A stretch of DNA of 64,000 nt from Octopus sinensis. Taxonomy: Eukaryota. Shown here piece after piece: positions 1 through 12,489 of this stretch; the first letter of the stretch is position 1; each line of letters begins with the position of its first letter. The notes below the pieces were generated by a model, which was given only the letters and a program-made list of their open reading frames with translations, had not been told where the DNA came from and searched no databases. The DNA lies in NCBI RefSeq assembly GCF_006345805.1, contig NW_021835993.1:186001-250000 (forward strand), read 5' to 3'. Made by a program: the position numbers and the translations under genes.

Positions 1-540
1 TGAGAGGAAACAAAATTGCATCGACCGGAGGAATCAATCTCCCGAACTTGAGGAATCTGTACTTGGTATTTGAAGGGTTCCAATGTAGGCTGCCAACAGA
101 CTGACTGACCTGACCGACGTGGATTGTCTTTCCAGTTTGCAGACCCTCCATCTGAGGGACAACAGTCAACTGAGCAACTTGAATGGATTGTCGGGGTCAC
201 TCTCTTCTCTCCATACCCTCAATTTGCGGTTTGCTCGAATGTTCATGTCAGATCGACTGACGTGTCCACTTTCGCAGAAATAGTCAAATTGGAACAGCTT
301 AGAGCACTAAAAAAACTAACGCTTAGCGGTACCCCAAACTTGTTTATTTTCAGAGACCCCAATCGCAAGCGAGCCTACTTACCGTGCGGAAGTCCTCTCC
401 TACATCAAGAGTCTTGCGACGTTGGACAAAGACAATATAACCGAGGACGAGGTTTTGGAAGCCCAGGAAATCAGGAATCTGAGAATGGAGGAGGACGCTC
501 TCTCAGAAGTCATAATATTTCTTTATTTAGTTAGACCGAG
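1..540 (+). CDS. LRRC23: LRR protein, LRRC23-like (3' part; 5' end outside window; 3' end approximate)
   Basis: Removing mini-introns at 66-88 (23 nt), 229-251 (23 nt) and 329-353 (25 nt) gives LRGNKI..NLRNLYL-AANRL..LQTLHLRDN..LHTLNLR-STDV..LKKLTLS-ETPIASEPTYRAEVLSYIKSLATLDKDNITEDEVLEAQEIR. This is SDS22-type LRRs plus an LRR cap resembling LRRC23. Confidence 0.6.
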
Positions 541-1330
541 CCACCTAAGGACATTGAGGCATGACACATTCTCAAATCAAACTAACACGTTTTAAAGTAA
601 TAAAATTAGTTCAGTTGAGGAGAGTCCCCTTTTGAAGAAAGGAAACGTTCTCCTTCAATTAGTAGTGGCCCACACTTGGTCATAAACAGGTCAATTAATT
701 AGTCTTTTGATGAGACAAATCAAAGCATTTGTTTACACTTGTATTATATTGTTCAGATTAAGGTTATTTATGATTGTTCTAATTATTCGAGTTGTTCTTA
801 GAATTAATTTGAATTGACGTTAATTTATTTGTTGGAATAATATATAATGACTCATAAAAATGGATCAGCTAATAAAATTAATGCAAATTCCATTAATTAT
901 ACATTTTAATTATGTGTCGATCTTTGTAATTACAATTTGAGATTTGCTGTAGGTCAGGTGATAAAGAGACCATTTTCTGGCACATTGGTTTCGTGACATT
1001 GTGAATTTATCGCCCAATTATGGTTGTCTAGCAATACCCAAAACAATGCCCGAATTTTATAATATCAAGGAATCGAGCCGTCAATCAGTCTGCTTCCGCA
1101 AACCGCATGGGAGTTACTGAATATTGGTTTATGGTTTCGATTTGGCAAAAGCAACCCTCATTTGAGGAGAGAAGCGGAAGGCATCAATTCATGATTAATT
1201 GGAAACATTTCAAAGAAAACTCGCATTGTCGTGCTGTCAATACATTGCCATTGGCGTTAATTGCGTTTCTCGCTTTCGAATAAGCACTCTGCGCGTTCGC
1301 GTGATTTGAATATTGTTTTTTCTTCCTCTC

Positions 1331-3930
1331 ATGTGGTATATCTTTCTCCTCTGTCCTGGTTTCTCTACGGCAGTCCTAGTCTACTCCGTCCGGGAGGAGT
1401 TGCCAGTCGGCACCGTCATAGGCAATGTCTTTGAGGATCTTCGACTCGAAAATTCAGAATCTAGCCAATTAACATATGGAATATTCGAGAACTCTGCGGC
1501 AGGAGATCTTTTTGAAATCGACAAAACTGGCAATTTGATTACACTGGAAAGAATCGACCGGGAAGGAGTTTGTTCAGGATCTGCTGACGAATGTTTTGTT
1601 TTTCTTAGAGTTCTCATCGGTTTTTCGAATGGCAGGACCAACATTGCCGATTTAAAGGTGAAGATAACGGATATAAACGACAACAACCCGACTTTCGACC
1701 CTCCCTCCCTTACTGTTGATGTCCTAGAGTCGTCTAATATTGGGGAATTGATCCCAATCAAGTCCGCTGAGGATCGTGACTCCAAAGAATATGGAATCAC
1801 GGAGTACAGAATTCTGAACAAATCAGAAATTCCATTTTCTCTGAAAAAGAGGGAAACTCATTTATATTTGGAGTTGTTGCAGAAACTTGACCGTGAATCT
1901 CATCAGTCTTACTTTTTCGAAATTGTCGCCCAGGACAGTGGAGGGCAAGTGGGAGTGTTGAACGTGACGGTTAATATTTTGGACGAGAATGACAATGTCC
2001 CCACTTTTGTCCGCCAGATTTTCACGTTTTATGTTTCGGAAAACGCGCCTGTGGGGTATGTCGTAGGCCGAGTCGAGGCCACGGACCCCGATGAAGGAAT
2101 AAACGCACTCATTCACTACAAAGTCGACTCTCGTGCCAACCCGAAAGTTGCAAAATTTTTCCAAGTCGATCAAAACTCTGGGAAGGTGATTTTATCGGCA
2201 AGACTCGACTACGAGAAGATAAACTACTTTGAATTTCCAGTGGTGGCCTACAATCCTACGAAAAGTGGGATGCAGGCCACAGCATACATTTCTGTGTTCG
2301 TGGTCGATTTCAACGACAACAAGCCCCAGATTACCCTTCTTGGGAGCAGCACTCTTTCTGTCGCAGAAAATAGTCCAGATGGGACTGTTATCGGGAATTT
2401 GTTTGTTTCGGATGCCGACTCTGACTCAAATGGGCAATTCGAATGCACCGTCAACGACAATCGATTTAAACTAGCAACTTCAAGATCTGGAGGACTCTTG
2501 CTTATAAAACGTGGCACTTTAGACAGAGAAGAGTCGGATAAAATCGAAATGTTAATAATTTGTCAAGACAAAGGTGTACCTACTTTATTCTCTTCTGAAA
2601 AGCTTGTGATTGAAATATTGGACTCGAACGACAATCCGCCAGTATTTGAACAAGCCTCTTATACTTGCTACGTAATCGAAAATGCAATTATTCAAAATGC
2701 AATTCTCAATGTAAAGGCGACAGACATTGATGCAGGAGTAAATGGAGAAATCAAATATTTTCTGAAGAATGGGACTCAATTCGGTTTTTCGATTGACCCA
2801 GACAGCGGGGATGTCTATCTCGGAACAAGTCTCGATCGGGAGTCACAGTCTTCCTACAGTCTAGAGGTGGTAGCAGTCGACGGAGGAGTGCCGCAGTTGT
2901 CTGCCTCCGTCATTCTACAAGTGTGGGTGGTTGATCAAAATGATTCGCCACCCGAGTTCGAAAGGCGCGAGTACTATTTCCGCGTCTTGAAAAATACACC
3001 AATCGGAGAGAAAATTGGCTCAATATTTGCATTGGATCCTGATTTGAATTCCCAGACCGAATATTCGATTGATTCTGCTTACTTCCAAGTGGACAAAAAC
3101 ACAGGAACTATTTATTTGAACAGGCCTCTCCGCAAGGCCTTCTCACATGAAGCAACAATAATTGCGAAGGACGTCGACAAACCCAATTTGATGGACACTG
3201 CCAAAATCGTAGTAAATGTGTTCGAAGAGAATCCTCCCGAAATACTGTTTCCCAATTCCCAGCAAAATCATTTTCCCCTGAACTGTCGTGCCTCGGTCGG
3301 CACCCAAATATTTCGAATTACAATACGTGACCCGATTCTGGGCCCACTTACTTATGAAATTGACGAACCTGAATATTTTTCAGTAAACAAAACAGGTTCA
3401 GTCAGGCTGGCAAAAAGTCTGGACTTTGTGGGTGCTGTCGAATTCTCCATTAAAGTGACCGACAGTGGAATTCCTCCGCTATTCTCTATAACCAATGCAA
3501 CTGTCCAAGTTATGTGCGAGACGCCATTTCTCTCCACAAATTCACTCAACCTGATGGCGGGGATCCTCACGATTATTGTTTTCGGAATGGTGATTCTCGT
3601 CCTTGTGTTTTTACGGAAAAATGCGATTAACAAAAAACCCAGTGAAATGACGAGTTTCCTTGCCACTCAAACTCCGCAATTTCCAGTTGTCAGACTGCAA
3701 ATATTTTAGATTTTGATTGACAACGGGGATGTCGGAAGAAACCAAAAAACCAAACTAAATTTGCCCAAAAAATCGGAAATAGGTATTTGCTCATTTTAGT
3801 TTCATGCAACACCTGATTTATGTCCCAATTAGTTATAGTGCATTAATAATGTGTATTTCATGTTTGGCAGATCTTCAACTGGAGTCGTGGACCAGGAAAA
3901 AGGGAGAAATTTTAAAATCTGTGATCGTTT
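1331..3930 (+). CDS. Protocadherin with 7 cadherin repeats, a TM helix and a short spliced cytoplasmic tail (3' end uncertain)
   Basis: Signal peptide, repeated DxNDNxPxF, LDRE and AxDxD motifs, and TM segment LMAGILTIIVFGMVILVLVFL. Ectodomain and TM lie in one ~2.35-kb exon. Probable mini-intron near 3686-3709. Confidence 0.95.
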
Positions 3931-4238
3931 AATTTGAAAATCATTTTATTTTGAAATTAATAAAATCGATGGCGATAGGGCTTTAATGCAATGAGTTGAT
4001 ACGTGTTTGTTTATATTCAGTGTTTGTTATCACAAATAACTGGATACATAAATAAACCCCATCCTTATATTGGGACTTGCTGTTATTTTGCGTAACTACT
4101 CAGATTTACCTTTTCGTGATACAAAAAACCGGACTCCAACTTTTGTAATATTTTTTGTAATTGAATTTATTAATATTTCACTAAAGTCTAAAAACAATTA
4201 TTTAAAAAATAATACTTAATAAAATAAATGACTAAATA

Positions 4239-6046
4239 ATGAAGTTGTGTTTTGTGTCTTCCTTATTATCGAATAATAAAATTGTGTTTTTTAATTTAAA
4301 CATTTCAGACCAATTTACGACATCGTTGTTTTAGCCAAAAAAGCAACAGAGCTACGGTTTTCTCAGGATTGTTAACCAAAAGAAACTTATCCGTGGGAAT
4401 CATTTGTGGAACACTCGGAATTGTGTGGGCCTACAACGATGTTATTCAAAATTATATTAATTCTGACTATTTGAACAACACCCCGCTTGCAAAACTCCCC
4501 ATTAACAAATCAATCGACAAAAGTGGACTTCTCCACGAAAAAACTCAGGAAATATCACGTGAGGAGCTCAATTCAGTGAGTCTGAGTATATCCGAGGCCG
4601 AGGATTCAGTGGCCTGCCTCGATGACCACAACGAAGCCTACAAAAACATTCTCATGGACGATCCAAATATCAAGGATTTGGTGAGAGTTTTGAGGAATCG
4701 TCGATCTGCCATGACTGAGGCAGCGGGGAAACTCAAAGCTGCCAGGTCCAGTCACATATTTTGTTGTAGGATTTGCTGTGCCAATTACTCGACCAATGGG
4801 GAGAAATGTGGGGGAGTTGATATTTCGGGACTCCAAGACAAACTGGCCACCATTCAGCAGTCGGTCTCCCCTTTCAATTTTATTTTAGTTTGTGAAAATA
4901 AGGTCAGATGGGATTGAGTTGGAAAACAAGTTATCGCAAAAGTCGAGGGAATATTTGTGTTCTGTCATAAATGGGAGTCATCCAGACTCTTCTCTTGTGG
5001 AAGAGGCCCTCCAATTAATGTTGAGTCTGCAAATCCAACAATCCACCGATGGCTGCACTGTGGAGTCCAGACTGGCCAGCAAATTAGCAAAAGACGCCAG
5101 AAATCTAAAAAACGAGCGAGACAAGTCACTAAGAAGAGTGAATGAACGGGAGGTGGAGTGTTTCAGTCAAAGAAGGAAGGAATTGACCGAACAAGCAGAT
5201 TTCGCGTTCAGAAAGGATTTGAGAGAAATGAAAGAGGAGATAGAAAGTTCAGCCAATGCACAACTGCCCATAACTCTACAAAGAGAAGAAATCACTCTGA
5301 GGAAATCAGGGGAGGTGTATTTACAGGATCGGGCGTCTGAACGGGATGAGTTGTGTAAAAATGAATTGAATGGGAGAGAAAGCCTATTGGACGGGAGGCA
5401 TCTCTCATGGCAGGTGATGAGGCAGTTTTGTTATACCAGAGAGGGCTCGAATGAGAGGTGAGACAATTGACTGGCTCAAATTGACGGGGATATGCAGCAG
5501 GGCTATTAGGGGGTTGCACTTTGATAGTGAGGTCTATGAATTGGTCCACTTGGGTTTGATATTGCAGGCACTCGAGGAAATGGTTAATGCAACGTCGGAC
5601 GTCCCTTTTGCCGACACTGTTCTGAGGTCGATTGGGCCAGAACTGCACACTTATAAAGAGGTGGAGGAAAGGTAGTTCGTGTGGAGTAAACTTGTAGTTT
5701 CTGGGCCAAGAGTAGAGCTAGTTGGAGAGTTGCTTCACTAAATACGAGATTTGGGTTTTTTGAGTATATGATGGGGGTGGTGGAGTCATTCATTGTGGTG
5801 GAGTATATCACGGATGTGGAAAATGTAAGGGAAGGGGACATGTATGGGCATCTGGCATGTGCTAGAGAGTGCATGAGGAGGGGAGATATTGCGAGTGCAG
5901 TCAGGATATCAGGAAATATGATAGGGGAGGCTGGGTTTGTCATGGCTCCTTGGGTTGAGCAGGCTGTTAAGTTTCTGGAGAGGAAGCAAGCACTGACTAA
6001 TATTAATGCATATGCTCGAATGTGTGTGCTGAGTACTGTTGATTGA
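4239..6046 (+). CDS. IMMT: MICOS subunit Mic60 / mitofilin
   Basis: ATG at 4239; intron 4284-4308 joins a targeting-like N-terminus in frame to the TM segment LSVGIICGTLGIVWAY. A long coiled coil follows, then a C-terminal mitofilin-like domain (ARECMRRGDIASAVR..WVEQAVKFLERKQAL). Several 24-25 nt introns. Confidence 0.8.
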
Positions 6047-6299
6047 TATATTTTATTCCTTTCTTTTAATATACTAATTCTCCATGACCCACTCTGAAAA
6101 CAGTCGAACACGGCTTAAATCAAATCTCACGGAGATAAGAGGTGGAAATTAAATGCACAATAACTTAAAATGATCAAATCTAGCATTTAAAATTGTAAAA
6201 TCTATAACTTGAAATAATGATCAATCACAGCCCGCTGTGTATTGAGTGGTACCTTCCGCGTAACACGGGTCGACATTGACTCTACTTTTTTGTGTCTTT

Positions 6300-7680
6300 G
6301 ATAATTCCGTCAAATCACTTGCTAAATTTTTTTTAATTATCTTAAGTTGAATGTGTCAAGACATTCTGCCAGCACTCTTTTTGCATTTCCATATTGCAAA
6401 TAATTTTATCTTCAAATCTTTCAATTTTTTCGGATTTTGCAATAATTTAGTCTTCATCATCGACCAATCATGCTTAATCGGATATCGATGCTTATTGGCA
6501 CCGATCGTGTCAAGCGTATAATTTTCTGTTAGGAATCTTTTTTGGCCATCCTAGGCCCAGTAGATTGCGTAGTTGTTTTCTGTGAAACGTGTCCATTTTA
6601 TGTAATGTACATTGCAGAGGTTAAAACTCTCCGGTACATCATGTTCTCACTATCACCAAGTAATGATCCTAATTTCTTTTTTTTCCTCCAATTTTCATCA
6701 ATATATTTCGATTCCTTTGCGATTCTTACATGTTCAGTCTTTTCTTGATTAACGTGCAAACACCATCTCTCAAATTCGTTTGGAATTTTCTTCAAAACAG
6801 ATGCAAGTCCCTGATCATTTTCTGGCACAAAGTCTATGTCGTCTGCATATACAATTTCCATCGGCATCGATCCTTCTTACTTTGTTCTGAGATCTCTCAG
6901 TGCTGTCTTCGGTTATACTATTAATAGAACCGGAGATAGGGTTCCCCTGAGGTGTTCCAATTGTTGTTTCGATAGGATTTGATAACTCGGTTGTTTAATT
7001 TTTTAATTGCCAAGTCAGTTTCCTTTGGGGATATTGCTAAGTTCAGACTTCTTGGTGATTTGTCAAACGGTTCAAGGGTCGAGGTATCATTCTTGTTTAA
7101 AAGGCCTGAAAAATATTCGTCAATAATCCCAGTTTTTTCTTTATTATCCAATACATTTCTTCCTTGACTGTCGTGTACACTCCTTTCTTAGGTTGCACTC
7201 CTCTCTGCAAAAGGCGAGCAGCACGAAACATTTTCGTTCCGTATCTCATCCTCTCAATTTCACTGACACTTTCATGTATTTTTCTGACATAAATTTCCTT
7301 CTTCCTTTTTTGATCTTCCTGACAGCACAACTCCTTTCTCTTCGTAGCACGTTATAAGTATCAGGATCTGTGGTAGATTCCATTTTGAGTCTTATTTTCT
7401 TCTGTTTATCGGATAAAAGTTCAATTTCCTTATCGAATACTCCTTTGAATCCGGACGGTTTTTTTCCCAAGCACATATTTTCTTTATTCCTTCAGCCACT
7501 GAATCCCAAACCACTGCAGGGGGATTTTCCATATTTACGTTCATAATTTCTTTCTTAATTGCCATACAATAATTTTCGCGAGTCTTCTCACATAAACATA
7601 ATTGTTCCACCATAAAACGGTTTGTACTGATTTTTTTCTTTTGAACTCCATCTATTCCAAAGTATCTTTTCATTCTGAAT
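6300..7680 (-). mobile_element. Decayed APE-type (RTE-like) non-LTR retrotransposon: linker plus RT, internally deleted
   Basis: EIVYADDIDF..LHVNQEKTE..WRKKKKLGSLLGD in ORF 6598-6867. Upstream linker fragments (7097-7673) with many stops and frameshifts. Confidence 0.8.
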
Positions 7681-7689
7681 CTTACAACA

Positions 7690-8000
7690 AGCAGTTTATA
7701 ATTTGCCCACCTGAGATCAAAACACCCGAATCTGTGTCTTGCACGCTCAACCCATCAGAAGATGAAATCAACTTCTCAATTCAATCTTTTGGCAAAAGCA
7801 CCTGCGGCGGACTTGATGGCCTCCGCCCGGGGCACATCAAGAACTTCACCTCTCCCTCAACTGGCGAGGCAGGCAACTCTCTGATATCCGCTATAGCCGC
7901 TCTAATCGGCAAGATACTGAACGGGGATATCCCGCCGGATTGGACAGAGGGGACGGCAAACGCCCGGATGGGATAACTACCTCCCCATTCCGCTCACCTC
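7690..8000 (+). mobile_element. CRE-clade non-LTR RT fragment
   Basis: SFGKSTCGGLDGLRPGHIKNF..AGNSLISAIAALIGKILNG matches the GSAGGLDGLRPQHLKD segment typical of CRE RTs. Confidence 0.75.
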
Positions 8001-8099
8001 ATGCTTCATGAAAAACCTGGTACGGGGATCTTGCAAGGTGATTTCCTATTGCCCCAAATTATTTGTTTAGTAAGTAGACATAATTATTCTCGGAATTCA

Positions 8100-8215
8100 A
8101 CCGTTAAAAAAGATAGCTAAACTAATTAATGGCCTCGCGAGACACCCGGCCAGGCTAGCGAATGGCGAAGCCGTTCCCTCGGATCACAGCAATCGACAGA
8201 CGTTCCAGGAGCCCA
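8100..8215 (-). mobile_element. Short 3' end of a CRE element
   Basis: Translates as LLERLSIAVIRGNGFAIR. About 85 bp are nearly identical to 44028-44110. Confidence 0.8.
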
Positions 8216-8845
8216 TGTAGCGGGTAAAGTTAACCCAATCGGCATGGTTGTAGTCGTATGGGGACTGCTTTTCTGAAAGTGGATTTGACTTGGACTTGAC
8301 TATTGACTATGGTCCCTCTCTAAGTCGTAGATTACCTTCGATTAGTCAATGACACCAGGTTAGCAGAGCAAAGAGTCAGGTCGGGAAAAGTAAGTTTGTC
8401 CTTTCTCTTGTGTAGGGTTCTTGTGTTCAAAGACAGATTGATAAGAATGACGAGGTTATCAAGTTGCTCAAGCAGGGACTTTCCTCTCGAGTCAAGTGTT
8501 TGTGACTTAAGCCACTGCGGGTGCTTTGCATTCAGGTTCCCGCAAATAAGAAAGTTTTAAGCTTGTCAACCGGGAGGAAATCTGAGTAAAACTTTTCGGG
8601 CATAATCCAATTGGTGGAATGTACATATTGCAAATAAGTAAATTTCCAACTAGAGTAGGTATGGTAATTGCAGAAGCCTCCAGGCATCCGTTTCGGTTAA
8701 GTTTAGCGTTAATGAATGCGGAACTTTCCTGGTAGTTGATATCCTTCTTAATGAGAGTCATAAGACCGGTTCCGCATTCATAAGACTTGTCAGAAAAATT
8801 ACCAGCATCGTTAAAAGTATCGAAGAAACCTCTTACGCAGACCAT
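8216..8845 (-). mobile_element. APE endonuclease fragment of another LINE family
   Basis: GTGLMTLIKKDINY..LEASAITI..LLICNMYIPP, followed by DHSPI-like and YDYNHADW-like motifs. Confidence 0.7.
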
Positions 8846-9216
8846 TTACATTGTTTTTAGGCTTTAATATTTGTTTTAATATTTTAACTAAAATTTTGCG
8901 AGCTTTCTCTCATCATCTTAGGCTCTAAAAATGTCTTTGTTCATTAAGCATGTTATTCCCTCTCAGTTTTGGCGGGTACATTGGTCAAGAGATATATGAT
9001 TCCTGCTTCCGTTTAAAATTTCAAATAACACCAAACATTAAACAAAAAAATAAAGAACATCCAGAAGCTCCAGAAAACAAATTTCTCGGTGCGCTCTCTG
9101 ACAAAAAGAAAGCACCAAAACCAATGACGCAATCGACAATACAACTTGAATGTTTAATCATATCCCTTCTTACCAATAAAAATCCTGAAAATGGAAATTT
9201 TATTTAATAGATATAT

Positions 9217-11266
9217 CTACTCAATCTCGGAGGGTTTCTGATTTAAAAAACACCCACTCAGTGTGAGAGCCGAGAGGAAGAGAATCCCCGATCCAATATA
9301 AAAAGTAGTGGTCACTCCGATAGACTCGACAGATTTGCCTAAAATAAGACAAAGCATCCACCAAATCCAATAATCCCCAAAATGTAGCCAATCCCCTTGA
9401 TAAACATGTGAATTGTCAAGGCGGGTGTGAGTTTCCTTATTCCAAGCACATTGCAGAATATCAGGGAAGGGTTGTAGAAAATTGCACCTAGCAATGACCA
9501 TTTGAAAGTCAAACCATAGCAAAGTCCATACGCCAAACAGACGAGGACCATTGCAGGCAAAGACCCTCTCAGAATGGGCATGAGGAGTAGACTAACAAAT
9601 ATCAAGTAGAATGCCGCCCGGTTATATGAAAACACGTCTACTAATTTCCCGACTATGAAGCCACTGACAAGTCTGGAAACCATTCCACCGATGCCTCAAG
9701 GTAATAATGAGATAATTACCCATAACCGATATGAGGATATCCCCGTGTTTGCAGGTATCGTTTGTAAGCTGAATCATAAATAAATAAGGTATCAAAACGA
9801 CAAAGAACATGATAAAAGAGGCCACGTAGAATCGCACAATAAAATTTGAATTCCAAATGGACCTGTCAAAAAACATATCAGTCCTAGGACGGTTATGGAT
9901 GACATCATCCAAAGAGGGAATATTGATAAGACTGCGTATATCATGTTCGTTGTGAATAACTCCCATTTCCTGTAAACTTTGTCGACTTGCAACGTGAAAA
10001 AGTTCCAATTTGTTAAAAGGACTCAACACAATTCGTTTAATCCACTTCACTAATAGTTTTTTGGCCTTTTCTGTCACGCACTCAGAAACATTCTTTTGGA
10101 CAAATTTTGTTCTAAACAAATCGCCTTCACTTGCACTGATTAATGACTTGTCCGCCACTTTGTTCTCCATCAGGCGAATGAGTCGACTTAACAGTTCTGG
10201 GAAGTTGTTGCTGTCTCGCCGTATTGCTCTTATTTTGCTGTACGTACTTCCCTCACATGTGGTAGAGATGGCAGTAAGACAAGAAATGTTTCCATGAGAA
10301 TATTCCGGCCTTTCCATCTTTTTCTGACAAGTCGTCAGTCCGCTTATGATCTTGTCGGCAATCGATTTGGTAGGTTTAGCGAGGAATGGGTGACTGGGAA
10401 TGTCTCCGAGTGACCAGTGGTATGTCCTACTCTATTTAACTAAAATTCACGTTTGATGTTGAAATGAATTTTCTGTTTCCAGACTTTCAATTGAAGAGGA
10501 GACCAATTTTATTGACTGGTGAGGGGAGAGAATTTCGAGCTGTTTTGCTTGTTCGGGTAGAGAGAGTGGTTTCATTGCGAGAGAGGCAGGAATAGAGAGT
10601 GTTACCAGTGCTGCCACTATGAGAAGAGTGCCAGTCCAGTTATATTTGTGAAGAGCACTCGATAGGAGGACAGGGAAGACACTCGAACCAAAACTAGACC
10701 CCATGCTCGAAAGTCCCAAAGCTATTGGTCTCCGTCGATCAAAATAGAAGCCCACCATGACCTGGGCACTGAGTGATAGTGTGCAGAAAGCAATCCCTAA
10801 CATTTATAAGCATGGCCTCACCCGGAAATATTCCTAGAGTGAAAAACAGGACGACAATATTTGATACAAAATATGAAGAAATAAAGGCCGCAGACGCAAG
10901 AACTGCAGATAGTAAGCAGATCGGCCGCACTCCGAAACGGTCGAGAAGAAATCCAATCAAAGGTCCTGGTATAGGGGGTTGGATCGAACCTGAGGCGTAT
11001 GTGAGGGAGTACATAATCGAAATAATCAAGGATACTGTTGAAAGAGACACATCGAAGGTGGTTTTAATTTTTGGAATTAATACTCCAATTCCACCGAGAA
11101 TTCCGTCCACAATCGTATTGAAAATGAATGCTGCGGACACAATCACCCATCCCCACCCTCCGTCAGGTGGAAGGGGAAGAGATACCATATTTGCTATAAG
11201 TTCCCGTTCTAATTGAAATTCTTCTGGAAACTGCAGCTGTCCAATTTCATCGAACGTGTCTTCCAT
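9217..11266 (-). CDS. Monocarboxylate transporter family (SLC16/MCT) MFS transporter
   Basis: N-terminal PPDGGWGWVIVSAAF, FLLDRFGVR, FYFDRRRPIALGLSSMGSSFG, a large central loop and C-terminal TM segments. Multiple mini-introns. Confidence 0.92.
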
Positions 11267-11619
11267 GATAAATAACAAGAATCGGCTTGCGGCATTATTA
11301 AAAAATTGCATTATTTCAACGTAAAATGGTCGACCGCAAACACGCATGTCCAAGCACGGTCATTGATTAGATAATGAAAGTCGGACCGAAACATCGCTTC
11401 CAGACGCCTGCCACTTCGTACAATCGCCGTGGAGACGAGCGGCGTGATTGGGCCTCAGGAAAAGATGATTTTTCGTCGATCGTGAAGCACATTGGAAAGA
11501 AAACCAATGACTCTCGGGAAACCTGAAGTTCTTGTTAGCTCCCCTCGAGACACTTTTTAGTCTGAGACACATCTTCGTAAGTAAAGATTATTTATCACAA
11601 GTTCTCCGAAATTTAAAAG

Positions 11620-12485
11620 AATTCAGACATGGTCCATCGTATTAAGACTCTCAGTGGTCATGTTGAAGCGTCTGAAGAGACAATTAGCTTGAATCCTCCT
11701 GATCCTCGCATGTGATCGAAAAAATAAAGGCATCATTTTTTGTTATGAGCAGGAGATAGACTTTTTACCTGCTTTCTTTTTTCGCAGTGCTGATCATATT
11801 TTGGAAATTGAAAACTTTTAGCTGATCAAAACTCCAGTCACGTTCTTGTTATTGCCAAAATTAAAAATGCTTCAGGACTAAAAAAACTTTGATAGCATCC
11901 TACAAGCATCAGAACAGATCATGGTTGTTGAGAAGACCTAGAGGGAGAATTACCCATTCAGGTTCCAAAACTTCAAAAAATGATGTTTGGTGAAATGACG
12001 GTAGGTAAATATCCTGTTGAAACAGTTTGTCTAATGAAAAATACAGTGATTGCTACGGAAAATGATTTTAACTATGAAAAATTCTTTTACAAAGACGTAG
12101 CGCGTCGCGTTTTTAAAGATATTTTTTTTTAGGTTTCTATTGCGGCTGTTAAGACAGCTTATACGGAACATGGAAAAGCAGTCATTGCTTTAACAACAAT
12201 TAAGTTCACAGCATGTGTGAGGTTCGCTTTGGTCGTAAGATGCCAATTATTTCCATTACTCCAGAAGAAAGCACCTATCACCAATTGACTTTTTGTTGAG
12301 TACCTGTTCATACTCCTGTTGAAAGTGTAAAACAAAGAATGGCTATAGCAATTTGCTTTGCTCTGCAATATAGAATTCTTCACTACGAAGATCTTATCGT
12401 TGTCACTTTTGACAATCCTTTTAGTGTAAGCGGAACTACCGATATGATACTTGTTGATAAAATTGGAGATGTCCTGGTCCTGGGA
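11620..12485 (+). pseudogene. pyk: Decayed bacterial-type pyruvate kinase (Chlamydiae-like)
   Basis: Collinear broken frames: EQEIDF..RSADHILEI..HVLVIAKIKNASG..NFDSILQAS..QVPKLQKMM..GEMTVGKYPVETV..DFNYEKFF..AVKTAY..MPIISITPEESTYHQL..DLIVVTFDNPFSVSGTTDMILVDKIGDVLV. No introns, many indels. Confidence 0.85.
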
Positions 12486-12489
12486 TTGT

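Noticed and set aside
124-534. 136-aa ORF in the track
   Set aside because: Off-frame read-through of the spliced LRRC23-like gene.
1381-2779. Antisense ORFs over the protocadherin and other genes
   Set aside because: Shadow ORFs of coding strands with no independent features.
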